64,000 nucleotides of DNA, taken from assembly GCA_963663895.2 (NCBI GenBank), contig CAXXRD010000001.1, positions 768,001 through 832,000 of the forward strand. Reading direction: 5' to 3'. This DNA is from Dehalococcoidia bacterium. GTDB lineage: Bacteria; Chloroflexota; Dehalococcoidia; Bin125. Below are positions 18,258 to 30,995 of the stretch, in pieces (position 1 is the stretch's first letter; every line of letters begins with the position of its first letter). The notes beneath the pieces are model-generated. The model was not told where the DNA came from and did not search any database. It was given only the letters and a program-made list of their open reading frames with translations. A program made the position numbers and the translations under genes.

Positions 18258-18402
18258 GGCGGGGAGTGTGTCGATCGACACACAAACGAACGATCGCGAG
18301 CCGATTGTTCCCCTCGGGGAGACCGAGCGGTTGGGCGTTATCGGATGTGCTTGGCCGGGGAGATGATGTCCAAGCGCCGACGGAAATCCGCCGCTCACAG
18401 GT

Positions 18403-18492
18403 GAGGAATGCCGGCTCCGGCCCAGAAATCCAGGAGGTCCCGCCTGTCCCCGTTCATTCCACCTGATAATGAGAGGGGTAATGAGGGGAATA
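18403..18492. repeat. Conserved element 3' of tRNA-Ser, copy 1
   Basis: Ungapped match to 28423-28512, 67/90 identical by hand count. Confidence 0.75.
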
Positions 18493-18542
18493 ACTCGTAC
18501 ATCGTAGGAAAAGACTTGATTCCCAGGAACTTTGTGGGGATG

Positions 18543-18634
18543 TGGCGGAGAGGATGGGATTCGAACCCATGAGGGACCGTAAAGCCCCTACACGCTTTCC
18601 AGGCGTGCCTGTTCAGCCACTCCAGCACCTCTCC
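18543..18634 (-). tRNA. tRNA-Ser (GGA)
   Basis: GGAGAGG/CCTCTCC acceptor + GCCA, anticodon arm CACGC-CTGGAAA-GCGTG, long variable arm, GGTTCGAATCC; TAAAAT -10 at 18660-18655. Confidence 0.97.
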
Positions 18635-18766
18635 GATCCGTTCAAGCGTCGCATATTTTACCCGCCCGCTGCGGTCGCCCAGCAACAGGATGCGCCCTGA
18701 GACCGCCAAATCGCGAGGGGATACACCAAGTGATGACATTGGCTTGGTAGTCAGGCATGCAGGTTA

Positions 18767-19678
18767 TTAGTACCAGTCGTACGGGGTGTTCGGACGCCGA
18801 GCCCAGGCGCTTCGCCCGACTTGTCTCATGGCCGGTCCCAACGCGGACATGAGACGAGTCCACTCCTGCGCGTTGGTGTGCCGCCATATGCCGTGACCAG
18901 GGAACACCCACTCCACCTGCAATGAGGCGATCCTGTCCATGGTGTCCGCAAGCGCCGACCACGAGTACCACGTCTGTACCGGTGTTACGTCGAACTCGCC
19001 TCGCCGATGGTTCCAGAGCAATGTATCGCCGGTGAACAGGCACCGGTCGTCCACGTGATAGAGGACATGGCCCTTGGTGTGCCCCGGAGCGGGGATTCCG
19101 CTCACCCCTGACGCGATGAAGGCCACGGTGGAGCCATCCAACAGATCGGTTGCATAGGGAGCGGCGTCGGCATCGGCTTCGCCTATCCACACTCTGGCCC
19201 CGTACCGCTCCGCCCAGCGGTCCGCGTCGGCCACGTCGTCCCGATGACTCAGCAACACGTGGGCAATCCCACCCATCCGATCGATGCTCGAAGCAAGTGG
19301 GCGGCTGAATCGCGGGGAATCGATCATCAGGTTGCCGTCGGGACGCACCACGAGATACGAGTGGCCGCCGAACGATGCAAGGGCGTTGTTGCCGAGGGCG
19401 TAGACCCCAACCTCCATCGGGTAGGGGAACACCCCCTCCGGCTCCCTGCGATGTTCTCGGTTGCCTATGGACTTGGTTGGGCATGCTGCGGCGGCCCGCC
19501 ATAGCGCAGCTTCCTGATCCTCGTTGATGGGCTGCCGGGCGACAAAGGAACGCCCATCGGCATCCATCTCGATCAGGCCGGGTGCCCAATGCCGGGCAGC
19601 ATCGCACCTGATGCAGCGCGTATCCACGAACCAGGGGCCGGGTGCGTTGTGTGAATTGGCCTGATCCACTCTAGGCAT
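18767..19678 (-). CDS. Ferredoxin-like domain fused to MBL-fold hydrolase
   Basis: FVDTRCIRCDAA...ACPTKSIG, IDSPRF, SHRDDVAD, PGHTKGH, FTGD, FPGHG; GGGAGAG RBS before ATG 19678. Confidence 0.85.
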   Translation of the reverse strand: MPRVDQANSHNAPGPWFVDTRCIRCDAARHWAPGLIEMDADGRSFVARQPINEDQEAALWRAAAACPTKSIGNREHRREPEGVFPYPMEVGVYALGNNALASFGGHSYLVVRPDGNLMIDSPRFSRPLASSIDRMGGIAHVLLSHRDDVADADRWAERYGARVWIGEADADAAPYATDLLDGSTVAFIASGVSGIPAPGHTKGHVLYHVDDRCLFTGDTLLWNHRRGEFDVTPVQTWYSWSALADTMDRIASLQVEWVFPGHGIWRHTNAQEWTRLMSALGPAMRQVGRSAWARRPNTPYDWY

Positions 19679-20608
19679 AGTGGTTCTCTCCCATATCGAG
19701 TCACAATAGAGGCGCTTGGCCAGTTCCTCGGCCATTTCCTGACCCAGGAAACTTCACGCGTGTTCCATAAGGGACCTACCAGCCGAATTGGCCACTTCTG
19801 AGCCTTCGGTGATACACGCGAGCCATTCACGCCGCCGGTGCGCGGCCTCGAACGACTCTTCTGGAGGCATGCTCCCAGAAGTCACGCCGAAGTGTTGGTA
19901 GAAGTCCTCACGCTGCTCCCAACGCCCGATGGTTGACGCATGCCCGCCCCATTTCGTGTCATCCTCCACCGCCCGATAGAGCCTCTCACTTAAGAATCCA
20001 GGAGCATCGGACTGGACCGGCTTCCGCTAGGCTCGAAACTCCCCTTCACCGGCCTGGCAAGATTCGCCAGCGGACAAGCGCGACTTCCATGCGACACCCT
20101 CACTTTCACGCTACCTGGAGCAGTCGCGCTCCAGCCTGAAGAGAAACGGCAAGGCTCGCTTCGCCTGGGGTTTCATGGCAAACCATAGAGCCAAGAACTC
20201 TCGACGGCTTTAGGGTTCCGATGTATCCCCCAAACAATGGTGGTGGGATCGAGGCGAAGGAACGACAAAGTCATAGCGAAGGCCGACGGCAAGGAAGGCC
20301 CCATCCCGAGCGGGCGCCAGGCGTGCTCCCCCTGCGTCCGCGCGGTAACAACACCGGGCTCGGGCCGGTATTGCGATGGGGAAGGGCGCTGCCCGTTGGT
20401 CACGAAGCCCGGCGGGCGCTGTTGGGTGTAACAGCTGACCATCCGTGGATGTCAGCGAGAACCGGGATTGGGTGGCTGTCCCTTGGTGGTCGCTTCGCGT
20501 GCCGGTGCCTCCTGCAGTGCCAGTCGTGGACCTGCGGTATCGGCACGCGGGTAGGGATAGACTTCCACGACGTTTGAACCCTGGACGGACGAGTAGTGGG
20601 CGCGACGG

Positions 20609-21019
20609 CTACTCTGGGGTCAGGCCTAGGACCAGATCGCGCAGTGTGACCAGGCCGTGGGGCGCCCCGGCGTCATCGACCACCAGCGCGCGCGCGACGC
20701 GAAATTGCACCAGCAGCCGCACCGCGTAGCGCGCCAGCATCCCCGAGCGCACCGTCAGCGCCGGCTTCGCCATGACCTCGTAGACATTGACCCGCTCCGG
20801 TGCGCGGTTGCGGGCGATCACCTCCCGCGCCAGGTCGCTCACCGTGATCAGTCCCAGCTCGTCGTCGTCGTGGCGCCGGTTGACCACCAGCGAACTGATC
20901 TCCAGCCGCTTCATCATCGCCATCGCCTCGGCCACCGTCGCCGACCCGTCGATGGCGTGCACCTGCGCCCCCGTGATGTCGGACACGCGGATCGCCCTGG
21001 TGTCTCCGTTATCGGTCAT
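20609..21019 (-). CDS. CBS domain protein
   Basis: TVAEAMAMM...ISSLVV...GLITVSD...VYEVMAKP; CBS pair. Confidence 0.9.
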   Translation of the reverse strand: MTDNGDTRAIRVSDITGAQVHAIDGSATVAEAMAMMKRLEISSLVVNRRHDDDELGLITVSDLAREVIARNRAPERVNVYEVMAKPALTVRSGMLARYAVRLLVQFRVARALVVDDAGAPHGLVTLRDLVLGLTPE

Positions 21020-21366
21020 AGCGCGCCTTCCAACTCCTCTATCAGCGTGGGCAACTGCGTGGAGAGGCCGACAGCGTCATCGATGCTGAGCTGAAAAGCG
21101 ATGCCGGCGCCGTGCTCACGGTCCATGCCACCGGCCGCCGCGAGCCGCTCCAGGATGTCCCGGGCCCGCGGTTCCGCCACGAGAAACAGCACCACGTCGC
21201 GGCTCGCCACCAAGTCCAGCCCGAGAAAGGTCTTGGCCGGCTTCAGTCCCTCGCCGCGCACACTGCTGATGATGGTGGCGCCCGTCGCGCCGCCCGCCCG
21301 CGCCGCATCGATGATGTGCTTCGTCTTCTCGCCGCTCACCAGCGCGACGATCAACGCCATCTTCAT
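21016..21366 (-). CDS. P-II-like regulator
   Basis: [10 protein letters not shown]...DAARAGGATGATII..RGEG...GIAFQLSIDDAVG; 4-nt overlaps on both sides. Confidence 0.88.
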   Translation of the reverse strand: MKMALIVALVSGEKTKHIIDAARAGGATGATIISSVRGEGLKPAKTFLGLDLVASRDVVLFLVAEPRARDILERLAAAGGMDREHGAGIAFQLSIDDAVGLSTQLPTLIEELEGAL

Positions 21367-22154
21367 GAATCCACCTCCTGGCGTTCCCTCCGGATGCGCC
21401 AGCGTGCCACCCGTTCGGCGACGATGGCGTAGCCTAGCACCGACATAATGGGGAAAACACTGGCGAAGGCGATCAGTCCGAAACCGTCGATGAGCGGGCT
21501 GCGCCCCGGGACGTTGGCGGCGAGGCCCAGCCCCAGCGCCGCCACCACCGGCACCGTGACGGTCGAGGTGGTGACCCCTCCGCTGTCGTAGGCCAGCGGG
21601 ATGATGGTGCGGCTGCTCAGGTACGTCTGCACGATGACGATGATGTAGGCCGCCACGATGTACCACGGCAGCGGCGTGCCCGTCACGATGCGGAAGCACC
21701 CCAGCGACACCCCGACGGCCACGCCCACCGCCACGGCGATGCGCAGCCCCCAAGCGTTCACCGCGCGGCCTGAAACCTCCTCGGCCTTCAGCGCCACGGC
21801 GATGAGGGACGGCTCGGCCACCGTCGTCGCAAAGCCGATGGCCGCCGCGAAGAGATAGACCACCCAGTAGTCCTCCCACCGCACCGCGTCCGCCAGCGCC
21901 GACGCCCCCGCCGTCTCCGTGAGTTGCCGCGCCATCGTCTCGCCGATGGGGAACAGCGCCTGCTCCAGCCCGATGAGGAACAGCGCCAGCCCCAGCAGCA
22001 CCATGACCGACCCGGTGGCGATGCCCCCGATGTTGGGCAGGCTGCGCCGCAGCACCCCCACCTGGAACACCACCAGGATGACGACGAGGGGCGTCACGTC
22101 CCGCAGCGTGTACAGCAGGGTTTCGCCGAAGCGCGCCAGAAACTCCAGCATCAC
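21363..22154 (-). CDS. DUF1538 membrane protein
   Basis: [51 protein letters not shown]. Confidence 0.9.
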   Translation of the reverse strand: MMLEFLARFGETLLYTLRDVTPLVVILVVFQVGVLRRSLPNIGGIATGSVMVLLGLALFLIGLEQALFPIGETMARQLTETAGASALADAVRWEDYWVVYLFAAAIGFATTVAEPSLIAVALKAEEVSGRAVNAWGLRIAVAVGVAVGVSLGCFRIVTGTPLPWYIVAAYIIVIVQTYLSSRTIIPLAYDSGGVTTSTVTVPVVAALGLGLAANVPGRSPLIDGFGLIAFASVFPIMSVLGYAIVAERVARWRIRRERQEVDS

Positions 22155-22912
22155 GCCACCATCCCGTAGCCCAGCACGCAGATCATGGGGGTGAGGCTAG
22201 CGAAGGCGATCAGCCCGAAGCCGTCGAGCATCGGATTGCGCCCCCGGATGGTGGAGGCGAGACCTACCCCCAGGGCGGTGATCAGCGGCACCGTGATCGT
22301 GCTGGTCGTCACGCCCCCGGAGTCGTACGCCACCCCCACGATCTCCTCGGGCGCGAACAGGGTCATCAGCATGACCAGCACGTAGCCGCTGATGATGAAG
22401 CGGTGAAGGGGCCACCCCTTCAGGATGCGCAACACTCCCAGGATGATGGCGAGGCCGACGGCGACGGCCACCACCACGCGCAGCTCCAGGGCGTACCGGT
22501 CCTGGGCAGCCTGGCTGTCCCCGATGAAGTCCGCCTCCGCCGCCACCTCGGCCGCCTCGGCCGCCACGGCGATCAGCGCCGGCTCCGCCACGGTGGTGCC
22601 GAAGCCCAGGCAGAACGCCAGCGCCAGCAGCGCCGTCGCGCTCCCCTTGCGCGCCATCCCCTGGGCCAGCGCCTCGCCCAGCGGGAACAGCCCGCTCTCC
22701 AGCCCCTGGATGAACAGCGCCAGCCCCAGAACGACGCACACCAGACCGACGACCACGTTGGCGATGTCGGGAAAGGGCTGTTGCAGGACGACGATCTGGA
22801 AGAAGGCGATGACGGCGAAGATGGGCGCCAGATCTCGCAGCGCGCCCAGAGTCTGCTGCCCCATGGCCAACGCGAAACGCGGCAAACCATGCTCCTCGCA
22901 CGTGTGCTGCAT
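22151..22912 (-). CDS. DUF1538 membrane protein (paralog)
   Basis: [47 protein letters not shown]. Confidence 0.9.
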   Translation of the reverse strand: MQHTCEEHGLPRFALAMGQQTLGALRDLAPIFAVIAFFQIVVLQQPFPDIANVVVGLVCVVLGLALFIQGLESGLFPLGEALAQGMARKGSATALLALAFCLGFGTTVAEPALIAVAAEAAEVAAEADFIGDSQAAQDRYALELRVVVAVAVGLAIILGVLRILKGWPLHRFIISGYVLVMLMTLFAPEEIVGVAYDSGGVTTSTITVPLITALGVGLASTIRGRNPMLDGFGLIAFASLTPMICVLGYGMVA

Positions 22913-23261
22913 GGGGTCTGCTAGGCCTGCGCAGTGCGGCTACACCCTACGAAGCGGCGCGGCACGGATCAATGACAATCCCGCGGTGCGGCGCCTAGCA
23001 CGGCGCGCGTTCCGGCATCCTCCGCCGTGGGCTTGCCGACGCCTACGCGTGGCTGCTCACGACGGACCGCTACCCGCCCTTCCGCCTGGGGCCATAGGGT
23101 CGCCGGGCCCGGCTGGGCCGCCTGCGACGCTGCAAGTAAACAGGTCTTAGGGCGAGGTCGCCTTCAGAGAGCGAGGCTGCCGGGCGACAGGTCGCCCGCG
23201 TGGCAGCCTGCTGCATCATGACGGCAAGCCTACAGCGCAACCAACCTACGGATCGGACGCG

Positions 23262-24011
23262 TCAGGGTAACCCTTGCTCAATGCCCAGAACGCTGTAGTC
23301 GCCATCCAGGATCAGGCGGACAGAGACGTACAGCCCCAGCATCGGGAGCAACACCCAGATGGCGTTCGGGCCGAAGATATAGATATAGAACTCTCGCGTA
23401 GTGATGAGGGTTTGCTTCTGTCCCACGAGGAAACTAACCAAGTAGAGCGAGGACGCGTACACCCACTGCCAGAAGAGCATCGCCCCAAGAATGCCGGCGG
23501 CGACGGCCGGCAGAAGCCCGGCCGTATAGGTCACGTAGAGAGTCAAGCTCAGTGCGGGCGTCAGGAACCCGTTCGCGATATCGACGTTGAAACCGTACGT
23601 GTTGCGATCCGCATACGCCGAATCAAACAGCGAGTACGTCGCCCAGACGTCCGCCCAGACCGTCGGAGAGAGGATCCGGTGCAGCGGCACGCTGGTCGTG
23701 AGGAATTCTACGGCGGGAGTTCTGCCGGTCTCGTGCCGCCGTCTGCGCCAAAATTCCGCACGCTCTTCAATGTAGTCCCTTCGAAAGAACAGGCACATCT
23801 CCCAGTAGCAGATCAAGAGATTGGTCGAGAAGAACAGGCTGAACAGGCACTGGAAGGCATCCAGGTCACCGTGGAGGAGGTAGCGAACGCCAATGCCAGG
23901 CAGTGCCAGGAGTGCGACCGCCAACACTGCGATCAGACCAGCCGGTGCTCCCCACCGGTGCGTTCGTCCGCCGTGGCCCGAAGCTGCTTGAGCGGCGCTG
24001 TTTCCCCCCAT
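23262..24011 (-). CDS. Membrane protein, EBP/EXPERA (sterol isomerase-like) family
   Basis: Multiple TM helices; ICYWE, VWATYSLFDSAY and GPNAIWVLLP resemble EBP WxEY..GDSRY and NxxWxxxP motifs. Confidence 0.6.
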   Translation of the reverse strand: MGGNSAAQAASGHGGRTHRWGAPAGLIAVLAVALLALPGIGVRYLLHGDLDAFQCLFSLFFSTNLLICYWEMCLFFRRDYIEERAEFWRRRRHETGRTPAVEFLTTSVPLHRILSPTVWADVWATYSLFDSAYADRNTYGFNVDIANGFLTPALSLTLYVTYTAGLLPAVAAGILGAMLFWQWVYASSLYLVSFLVGQKQTLITTREFYIYIFGPNAIWVLLPMLGLYVSVRLILDGDYSVLGIEQGLP

Positions 24012-24496
24012 GGCCTAGCGTCCTCGTCGCTTTACGCTGTCCTGCCCTGCAGGACTGGGAAAACAGGGCGGCGAAGGCCGAGGAACTGGTGGCATAGGTC
24101 AAGGGGTCTGATATCGAATCGCAACCATCGCGGATGAGGGTAGCGCGCCAGCCGTCGACCGAGTCCGCGCGCCGGACCAGGATCCACGATCAGAGATTGC
24201 GATCCAACGATCTGATCCTGACGCCTTCGACGAGGATGGCGGTCAAGGAACGTCATGTGGAGAGGCGGACCGTTAAGGAAAAAGGCACGCTGCTCTCTTG
24301 GTCGCTTCGGAACATTGATCCCGGTGATGCGGTAGTCGGAGCAGATGGACGGGGAGAACTGCTCCGCGAGGAACTCCTCCAGGGCCCGCGCCGCCGGTGG
24401 ACAAGGCACCGCTGCAACCGGATCGCTCGGAAGTCCGTGCCACGATGCCGCGGCTCCACTCGACCCTCACCCGCGTCCGCTTATGGGGCGTGCTAG

Positions 24497-26809
<2,313 letters not shown>

Positions 26810-26925
26810 CCACCCCAGAGGTGGAGCGTGTGGGGTACCCTGCGCCGGCGGCGAACTCGGTGATAGGAGTTGAGCCTCTCCGGCCCACTGCGCGGATCTC
26901 GTGGAAGGCTCTCGGGTAGACGCCC

Positions 26926-28362
26926 ATGACGCAACGTGACCTCCAGATGGCGCCGGACCAGATGCTGGATCTCGCACGCATGGCAGCGGAGCTGCTGGTC
27001 CAGCGCAGCGAGAACCTGGCGGCGGGAGATGCCTGGGACGGTGAGTTTCGCGAGGGTCTCGCATCTGCGCTGATGGAGGAGGCTCCGGAGGCCGGTCGAC
27101 CTGCAAAGGAAGTGCTGGAGCAGGCGGCGCGGGAGATTCTCCCCTACGCCGCCCGGCTGGATCACCCGCGCTTCTTTGGCTTCGTCCCGTCCTCACCCAC
27201 CTGGCCGGGCGTTATCACCGACTTCATGGCGAGCGGTTTCAACATCAACGCGGTGACCTGGCTGACTGCGAGCGGCCCGAGCCAGGTTGAGCTGGTGGTC
27301 ATCGAGTGGTTCCGGCGCTGGCTCGGCTATCCGGAAGGCGCCGGCGGACTCTTCACGAGCGGCGGGTCGGTGAGCACGGTCGACGCCTTCGTGGCGGCAC
27401 GGGAGGCGGCCGGTCATCCCGAGCGCGCGACAGTGTACATGAGCGATCAGGGGCACGTGGCGTTTCGCCGGGCCGCCATGATCATCGGCGTGCGGCCCGA
27501 GTGCGTGCGGACAATCCCGAGCGACGGGCACTTCCGCCTGGACATGGACGGCCTGCGTCGCGCCGTGGCGGACGACCGTGCCGCGGGCTGCAACCCCATC
27601 ATCGTGTGTGCGAACGCCGGAACGGTGGGCACCGGGGCCATTGACCCCCTGGAGGAGATGGCGGACTACTGCGAGTCCGAGGGCATCTGGCTGCACGCGG
27701 ACGCAGCGTACGGTGGCTTCGCAGTCCTAAGCGATGCAGGAAGAAGACTGCTGCGTGGGATCGAGCGGGCCGATTCCATCGGGCTGGACCCGCACAAGTG
27801 GTTCTTCCAGCCGTACGAGGCCGGGTGCCTGCTCGTCAAGGACGCGAGCACGCTCCAAGACGCATTCGAGGTCCGGCCCGACATCCTGCAGGACACGGTG
27901 TGGGGTACGAACCACCCAAACTTCGGAGATCGGGGGCCGCAGGTCAGCCGCTCCTTTCGGGCCTTGAAGGTCTGGATGTCGGTCCAGGTGTTTGGGATGG
28001 CCGCCTTTCGACGGGCCGTTGCGAAGGGGTTGGGACTAGCCGCACAGGCCGAAGCGCAGGTGCGTGCCAGCCCGGTGCTGGAGAGCCTGAGCCCCACGTC
28101 GCTGGGGATCGTGTGCTTCCGGGTGAATCCCAAGGACACCGAGGTCGGAGAAGAAACCCTGGAGAAGATCAACAGGACTGTACTCGCCCGGGTCTTCTGG
28201 GAAGAGCCTGCCTTGGTGTCGTCCACGTTGCTGCGGGAGCGGTTCGCACTCCGGATGTGCATTCTCAACCACACGACGGATTGGGAGGACGTCCACGAGA
28301 CCCTGGCGGCCATCGAGCGGTTCGGGCGAGAGGCCTTGGCTGAAGCGGCTGTGCCGGGATAG
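26926..28362 (+). CDS. Group II PLP-dependent decarboxylase (aromatic L-amino acid decarboxylase-like)
   Basis: HPRFFGFVP, FTSGGS, AGTVGTGAIDPL, WLHADAAYGG, DPHKW, SRSFRALKVW. Confidence 0.92.
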   Translation: MTQRDLQMAPDQMLDLARMAAELLVQRSENLAAGDAWDGEFREGLASALMEEAPEAGRPAKEVLEQAAREILPYAARLDHPRFFGFVPSSPTWPGVITDFMASGFNINAVTWLTASGPSQVELVVIEWFRRWLGYPEGAGGLFTSGGSVSTVDAFVAAREAAGHPERATVYMSDQGHVAFRRAAMIIGVRPECVRTIPSDGHFRLDMDGLRRAVADDRAAGCNPIIVCANAGTVGTGAIDPLEEMADYCESEGIWLHADAAYGGFAVLSDAGRRLLRGIERADSIGLDPHKWFFQPYEAGCLLVKDASTLQDAFEVRPDILQDTVWGTNHPNFGDRGPQVSRSFRALKVWMSVQVFGMAAFRRAVAKGLGLAAQAEAQVRASPVLESLSPTSLGIVCFRVNPKDTEVGEETLEKINRTVLARVFWEEPALVSSTLLRERFALRMCILNHTTDWEDVHETLAAIERFGREALAEAAVPG

Positions 28363-28422
28363 ACCCTGCAGCAGCGGGATTCGAGCAGTTCCCTCCCCAT
28401 CGCCTTGGTGTGCGCCAGGTCC

Positions 28423-28512
28423 GAGGAATGTCAGCTCCGGCGCGTCAGCCAAGAAAGTCCTGCATGTCCCCGTGCATTCCAACCAGAAATGGGAGGAGCA
28501 ATAAGGGGAATA
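28423..28512. repeat. Conserved element 3' of tRNA-Ser, copy 2
   Basis: Homologous to 18403-18492; both end about 50 bp from the tRNA CCA. Confidence 0.75.
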
Positions 28513-28521
28513 GATCATCTC

Positions 28522-28559
28522 TCAAGAGAAAATCCCTAGTCTTCTAGGGCTTTTCTTGA
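28522..28559 (-). terminator. Intrinsic terminator-like hairpin after tRNA-Ser(CGA)
   Basis: Minus strand AGAAAAG-CCCTAG-AAGA-CTAGGG-ATTTTCT. Confidence 0.65.
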
Positions 28560-28562
28560 TTC

Positions 28563-28655
<93 letters not shown>

Positions 28656-28869
28656 CGCTCCGCGATCAATATAGCAACGGCGCCGCTAGGCACTGTGCAG
28701 GCGCGCCGAAAAACCGAAGACTAAGAGAGTTCAGTGTAACTGTCGGGAGCGGGCCAGCGCCCGCGGGGTGGAACGCGACTCCGGAAAGCCGGTCCAGCGT
28801 ACGCGAGGAAGACGGCAGCTTGACCCGCAGCCACGTGGCAGGCCTTCGGTCCATCATCACCCGGCGCGT

Positions 28870-30720
28870 CTACTCGGAGAGCACGACCTGCCTCGGCGGC
28901 AGCCGGTCCTGGGCCTCCCACACGCGGTCGAGGATCGGGCGTCCCTGGCCCGCGGGGTCGACCAAGTCGGGCCGGTACGTCCAAGAAAGCTCGCTGCTGT
29001 GGGCGCGGATCACCACCGGACGGATGCGATAGCCGATCAACCGCTCGGCCGTGAAGCCCAGCTCCATGAGCATCCCCTGTGTGGTTTCGAGCGACCAATT
29101 CTGATCGAAGACGAAGTTACCGAAGGAGTAGGCCACGAGTGCGCCGTCGAACTGCTCGACGGCCTGCACCCAGTGCGGGTGATTGCCGACCACGGCCGTG
29201 GCGCCGGCCTCAACCGCGATCCCGCCCAGCTCGCGCTGGAAGGCGGTCGGGTCGGCGGTGTATTCCACGCCCCAATTCGTTCCGACCAGGACATGATGCG
29301 CAAGATCCCGCGCCGCTCGCACATCCTCACGCACGATCGCAGCGTCGAGCGGGGCCGTGCCCGCATGGCCGTCCGTCGCCGCGTACCAGGGCGCGATGGC
29401 GTCGTAGCCGAGGAAGGCGAAGCGCACGGGGCCCTGGCCGGTCTCGACGCTGACCACCGCCGGCGCGCGGGCGGCGGCCAAGTCCGGCCCGGCGCCGGCG
29501 GTAACGATGCCCGCTGCGTCCAATCGCGCCAGCGTATCCAGCAGCGCCCCAACGCCCGAGCAGCCCTCCCAGCAATCCAGCATGTGGTTACCGATCGTCA
29601 GCACCACGTCCAGGCCGGCGCCGGCCAGGGCGGGTACGACGCGGGGGCTGCCCTGCAGCACGACCGTTTCCACGCAGGGGGTCGGCTCGCCCAGGTCGGT
29701 GAGCGGCGACTCGAGCGGCGCCACGGCGAGATCGGCCACCGTAATCGCGTCGCGCACGCCGTCGAACATCGCCCCGTAATCATCAAGGGCGGCGAGCACG
29801 TGGTTGGTGCAGCGCACCGGGATCAGCTCGCCGGTGACCAGCATCCCCACCGGGTCGAAGGGGGGCACGGACTCCATCCTGGCGGCGGCCTGGGCGCCGG
29901 CGTCCCCGGCGGCAGGGGCGCTGATCCAGCGCACCAAGCGCAGCGGCGACTGCCGCGCCGGGTCGCGGTAGGGGTCGTGGCCATCAACGGTGAGAGCCAA
30001 GACGCCGAGTCGCAGCCGCTCGGGGGCGACCAAGGCGAACGCGCCCGGCGTAGAGGCGACACGGTCCGTCAGCTCGTCATCCGGCAGCAAGGCCGCCGCC
30101 AGCTCATGCATCGGGAGGCCAAGGGCGTCCGCGATGGCGACGGCCTGCGAGGCAGGCAGATAGACGCTGATCGGCTGCGGGCTGCCGCCGAAGGCGGACC
30201 AGTCCCGGGCGTCGCCGCGCATGATCCGCAGGACGTCGTCAAGAGCCAGGTCCAGCACATCGCGTCGTTGATCCGTGATCGCCGCCCAGCGCGCCAGCAC
30301 GACCGGGCGGGAGTCTGGCAGCGGGACATCCGCGATCACCCACTCCGTGTCGGGGGCAGTGCCCGTCCCGGAAAGCCCGGGCCCCGGCGCCTGCGTCGCG
30401 GGCACCGGGATGGCCGTTGCTTCCGAAGGAGGCGCGGCAGTGGGAAGGGGTTCAAGGATGGCGGCAGGTAGCGCAGCAGCTTCGGCAGCCGGGGAGGGCG
30501 GCGGGGCATCCTCAGCGCTCCTCGTGCAGGCCAATGCCGTCGCGACGTTCACGAGCAGCAGCACGCCGAAGAGCGGAACAAGGGGGATCATGCGACGCCC
30601 TCGGCGCAGCCGTTTGTAAACAGATCGAAGCGCCGCTCGCAGAGCGGGCGCTTGCCAGCCAGACGCTCGGCGCCGCCTCGCACGGGGCGCCTCCCAGGCT
30701 GTCCCCGTCGCCGGCACCAT
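28870..30720 (-). CDS. CapA-family metallophosphatase lipoprotein with N-terminal PstS-like segment (start may be 30591)
   Basis: PLESP, TIGNHMLD, NWGVEY, VVGNHPHWVQ, YSFGNFVFDQ; lipobox TALAC after a hydrophobic stretch. Confidence 0.85.
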   Translation of the reverse strand: MVPATGTAWEAPRARRRRASGWQAPALRAALRSVYKRLRRGRRMIPLVPLFGVLLLVNVATALACTRSAEDAPPPSPAAEAAALPAAILEPLPTAAPPSEATAIPVPATQAPGPGLSGTGTAPDTEWVIADVPLPDSRPVVLARWAAITDQRRDVLDLALDDVLRIMRGDARDWSAFGGSPQPISVYLPASQAVAIADALGLPMHELAAALLPDDELTDRVASTPGAFALVAPERLRLGVLALTVDGHDPYRDPARQSPLRLVRWISAPAAGDAGAQAAARMESVPPFDPVGMLVTGELIPVRCTNHVLAALDDYGAMFDGVRDAITVADLAVAPLESPLTDLGEPTPCVETVVLQGSPRVVPALAGAGLDVVLTIGNHMLDCWEGCSGVGALLDTLARLDAAGIVTAGAGPDLAAARAPAVVSVETGQGPVRFAFLGYDAIAPWYAATDGHAGTAPLDAAIVREDVRAARDLAHHVLVGTNWGVEYTADPTAFQRELGGIAVEAGATAVVGNHPHWVQAVEQFDGALVAYSFGNFVFDQNWSLETTQGMLMELGFTAERLIGYRIRPVVIRAHSSELSWTYRPDLVDPAGQGRPILDRVWEAQDRLPPRQVVLSE

Positions 30721-30752
30721 GCTATCGCGTCGCGACCGCCGTTCAGCGCCTG

Positions 30753-30995
30753 CTAGTCGTCTTCACCTTCGGAGTGGAGGTCGCCGCGGCGGCGGGCGGC
30801 GCGGAACTCCTGCTGGAGCCGCTCCTGCTCGTCGTGGGCGGCTTGGCGGGCGGCGGCTACAGCGTCGCGCAGGGGGGAAGGCGCGCCGGGCGGGGCAGCG
30901 CCGGGGGCGGATCCGGATCCGACCGAGCGGCGGCGGGCGGCGGTGGCGATGACACCGGCGAAGAAGCCGAAGAGGAGACCGCGTCCGAAAGCCAT
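30753..30995 (-). CDS. Small membrane-anchored protein (YtxH-like layout)
   Basis: MAFGRGLLFGFFAGVIA followed by a charged helix; start overlaps the upstream stop. Confidence 0.6.
   Translation of the reverse strand: MAFGRGLLFGFFAGVIATAARRRSVGSGSAPGAAPPGAPSPLRDAVAAARQAAHDEQERLQQEFRAARRRGDLHSEGEDD

Larger units (their letters stand above)
14200..18542. mobile_element. Putative degraded island 3' of tRNA-Ser(GGA); left boundary approximate
   Basis: R-M pair and exported proteins, loss of the plus-strand G excess, adjacent to tRNA 3' end; no integrase or att duplication seen. Confidence 0.45.

Noticed and set aside
19740-20600. Small ORFs 19754-19969, 20221-20577, 20237-20431
   Set aside because: No recognisable motif or clear RBS; possibly decayed gene fragments but unsupported.
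28870-30720. Poly-gamma-glutamate capsule locus
   Set aside because: capB/capC are absent, and stand-alone CapA domains are widespread.
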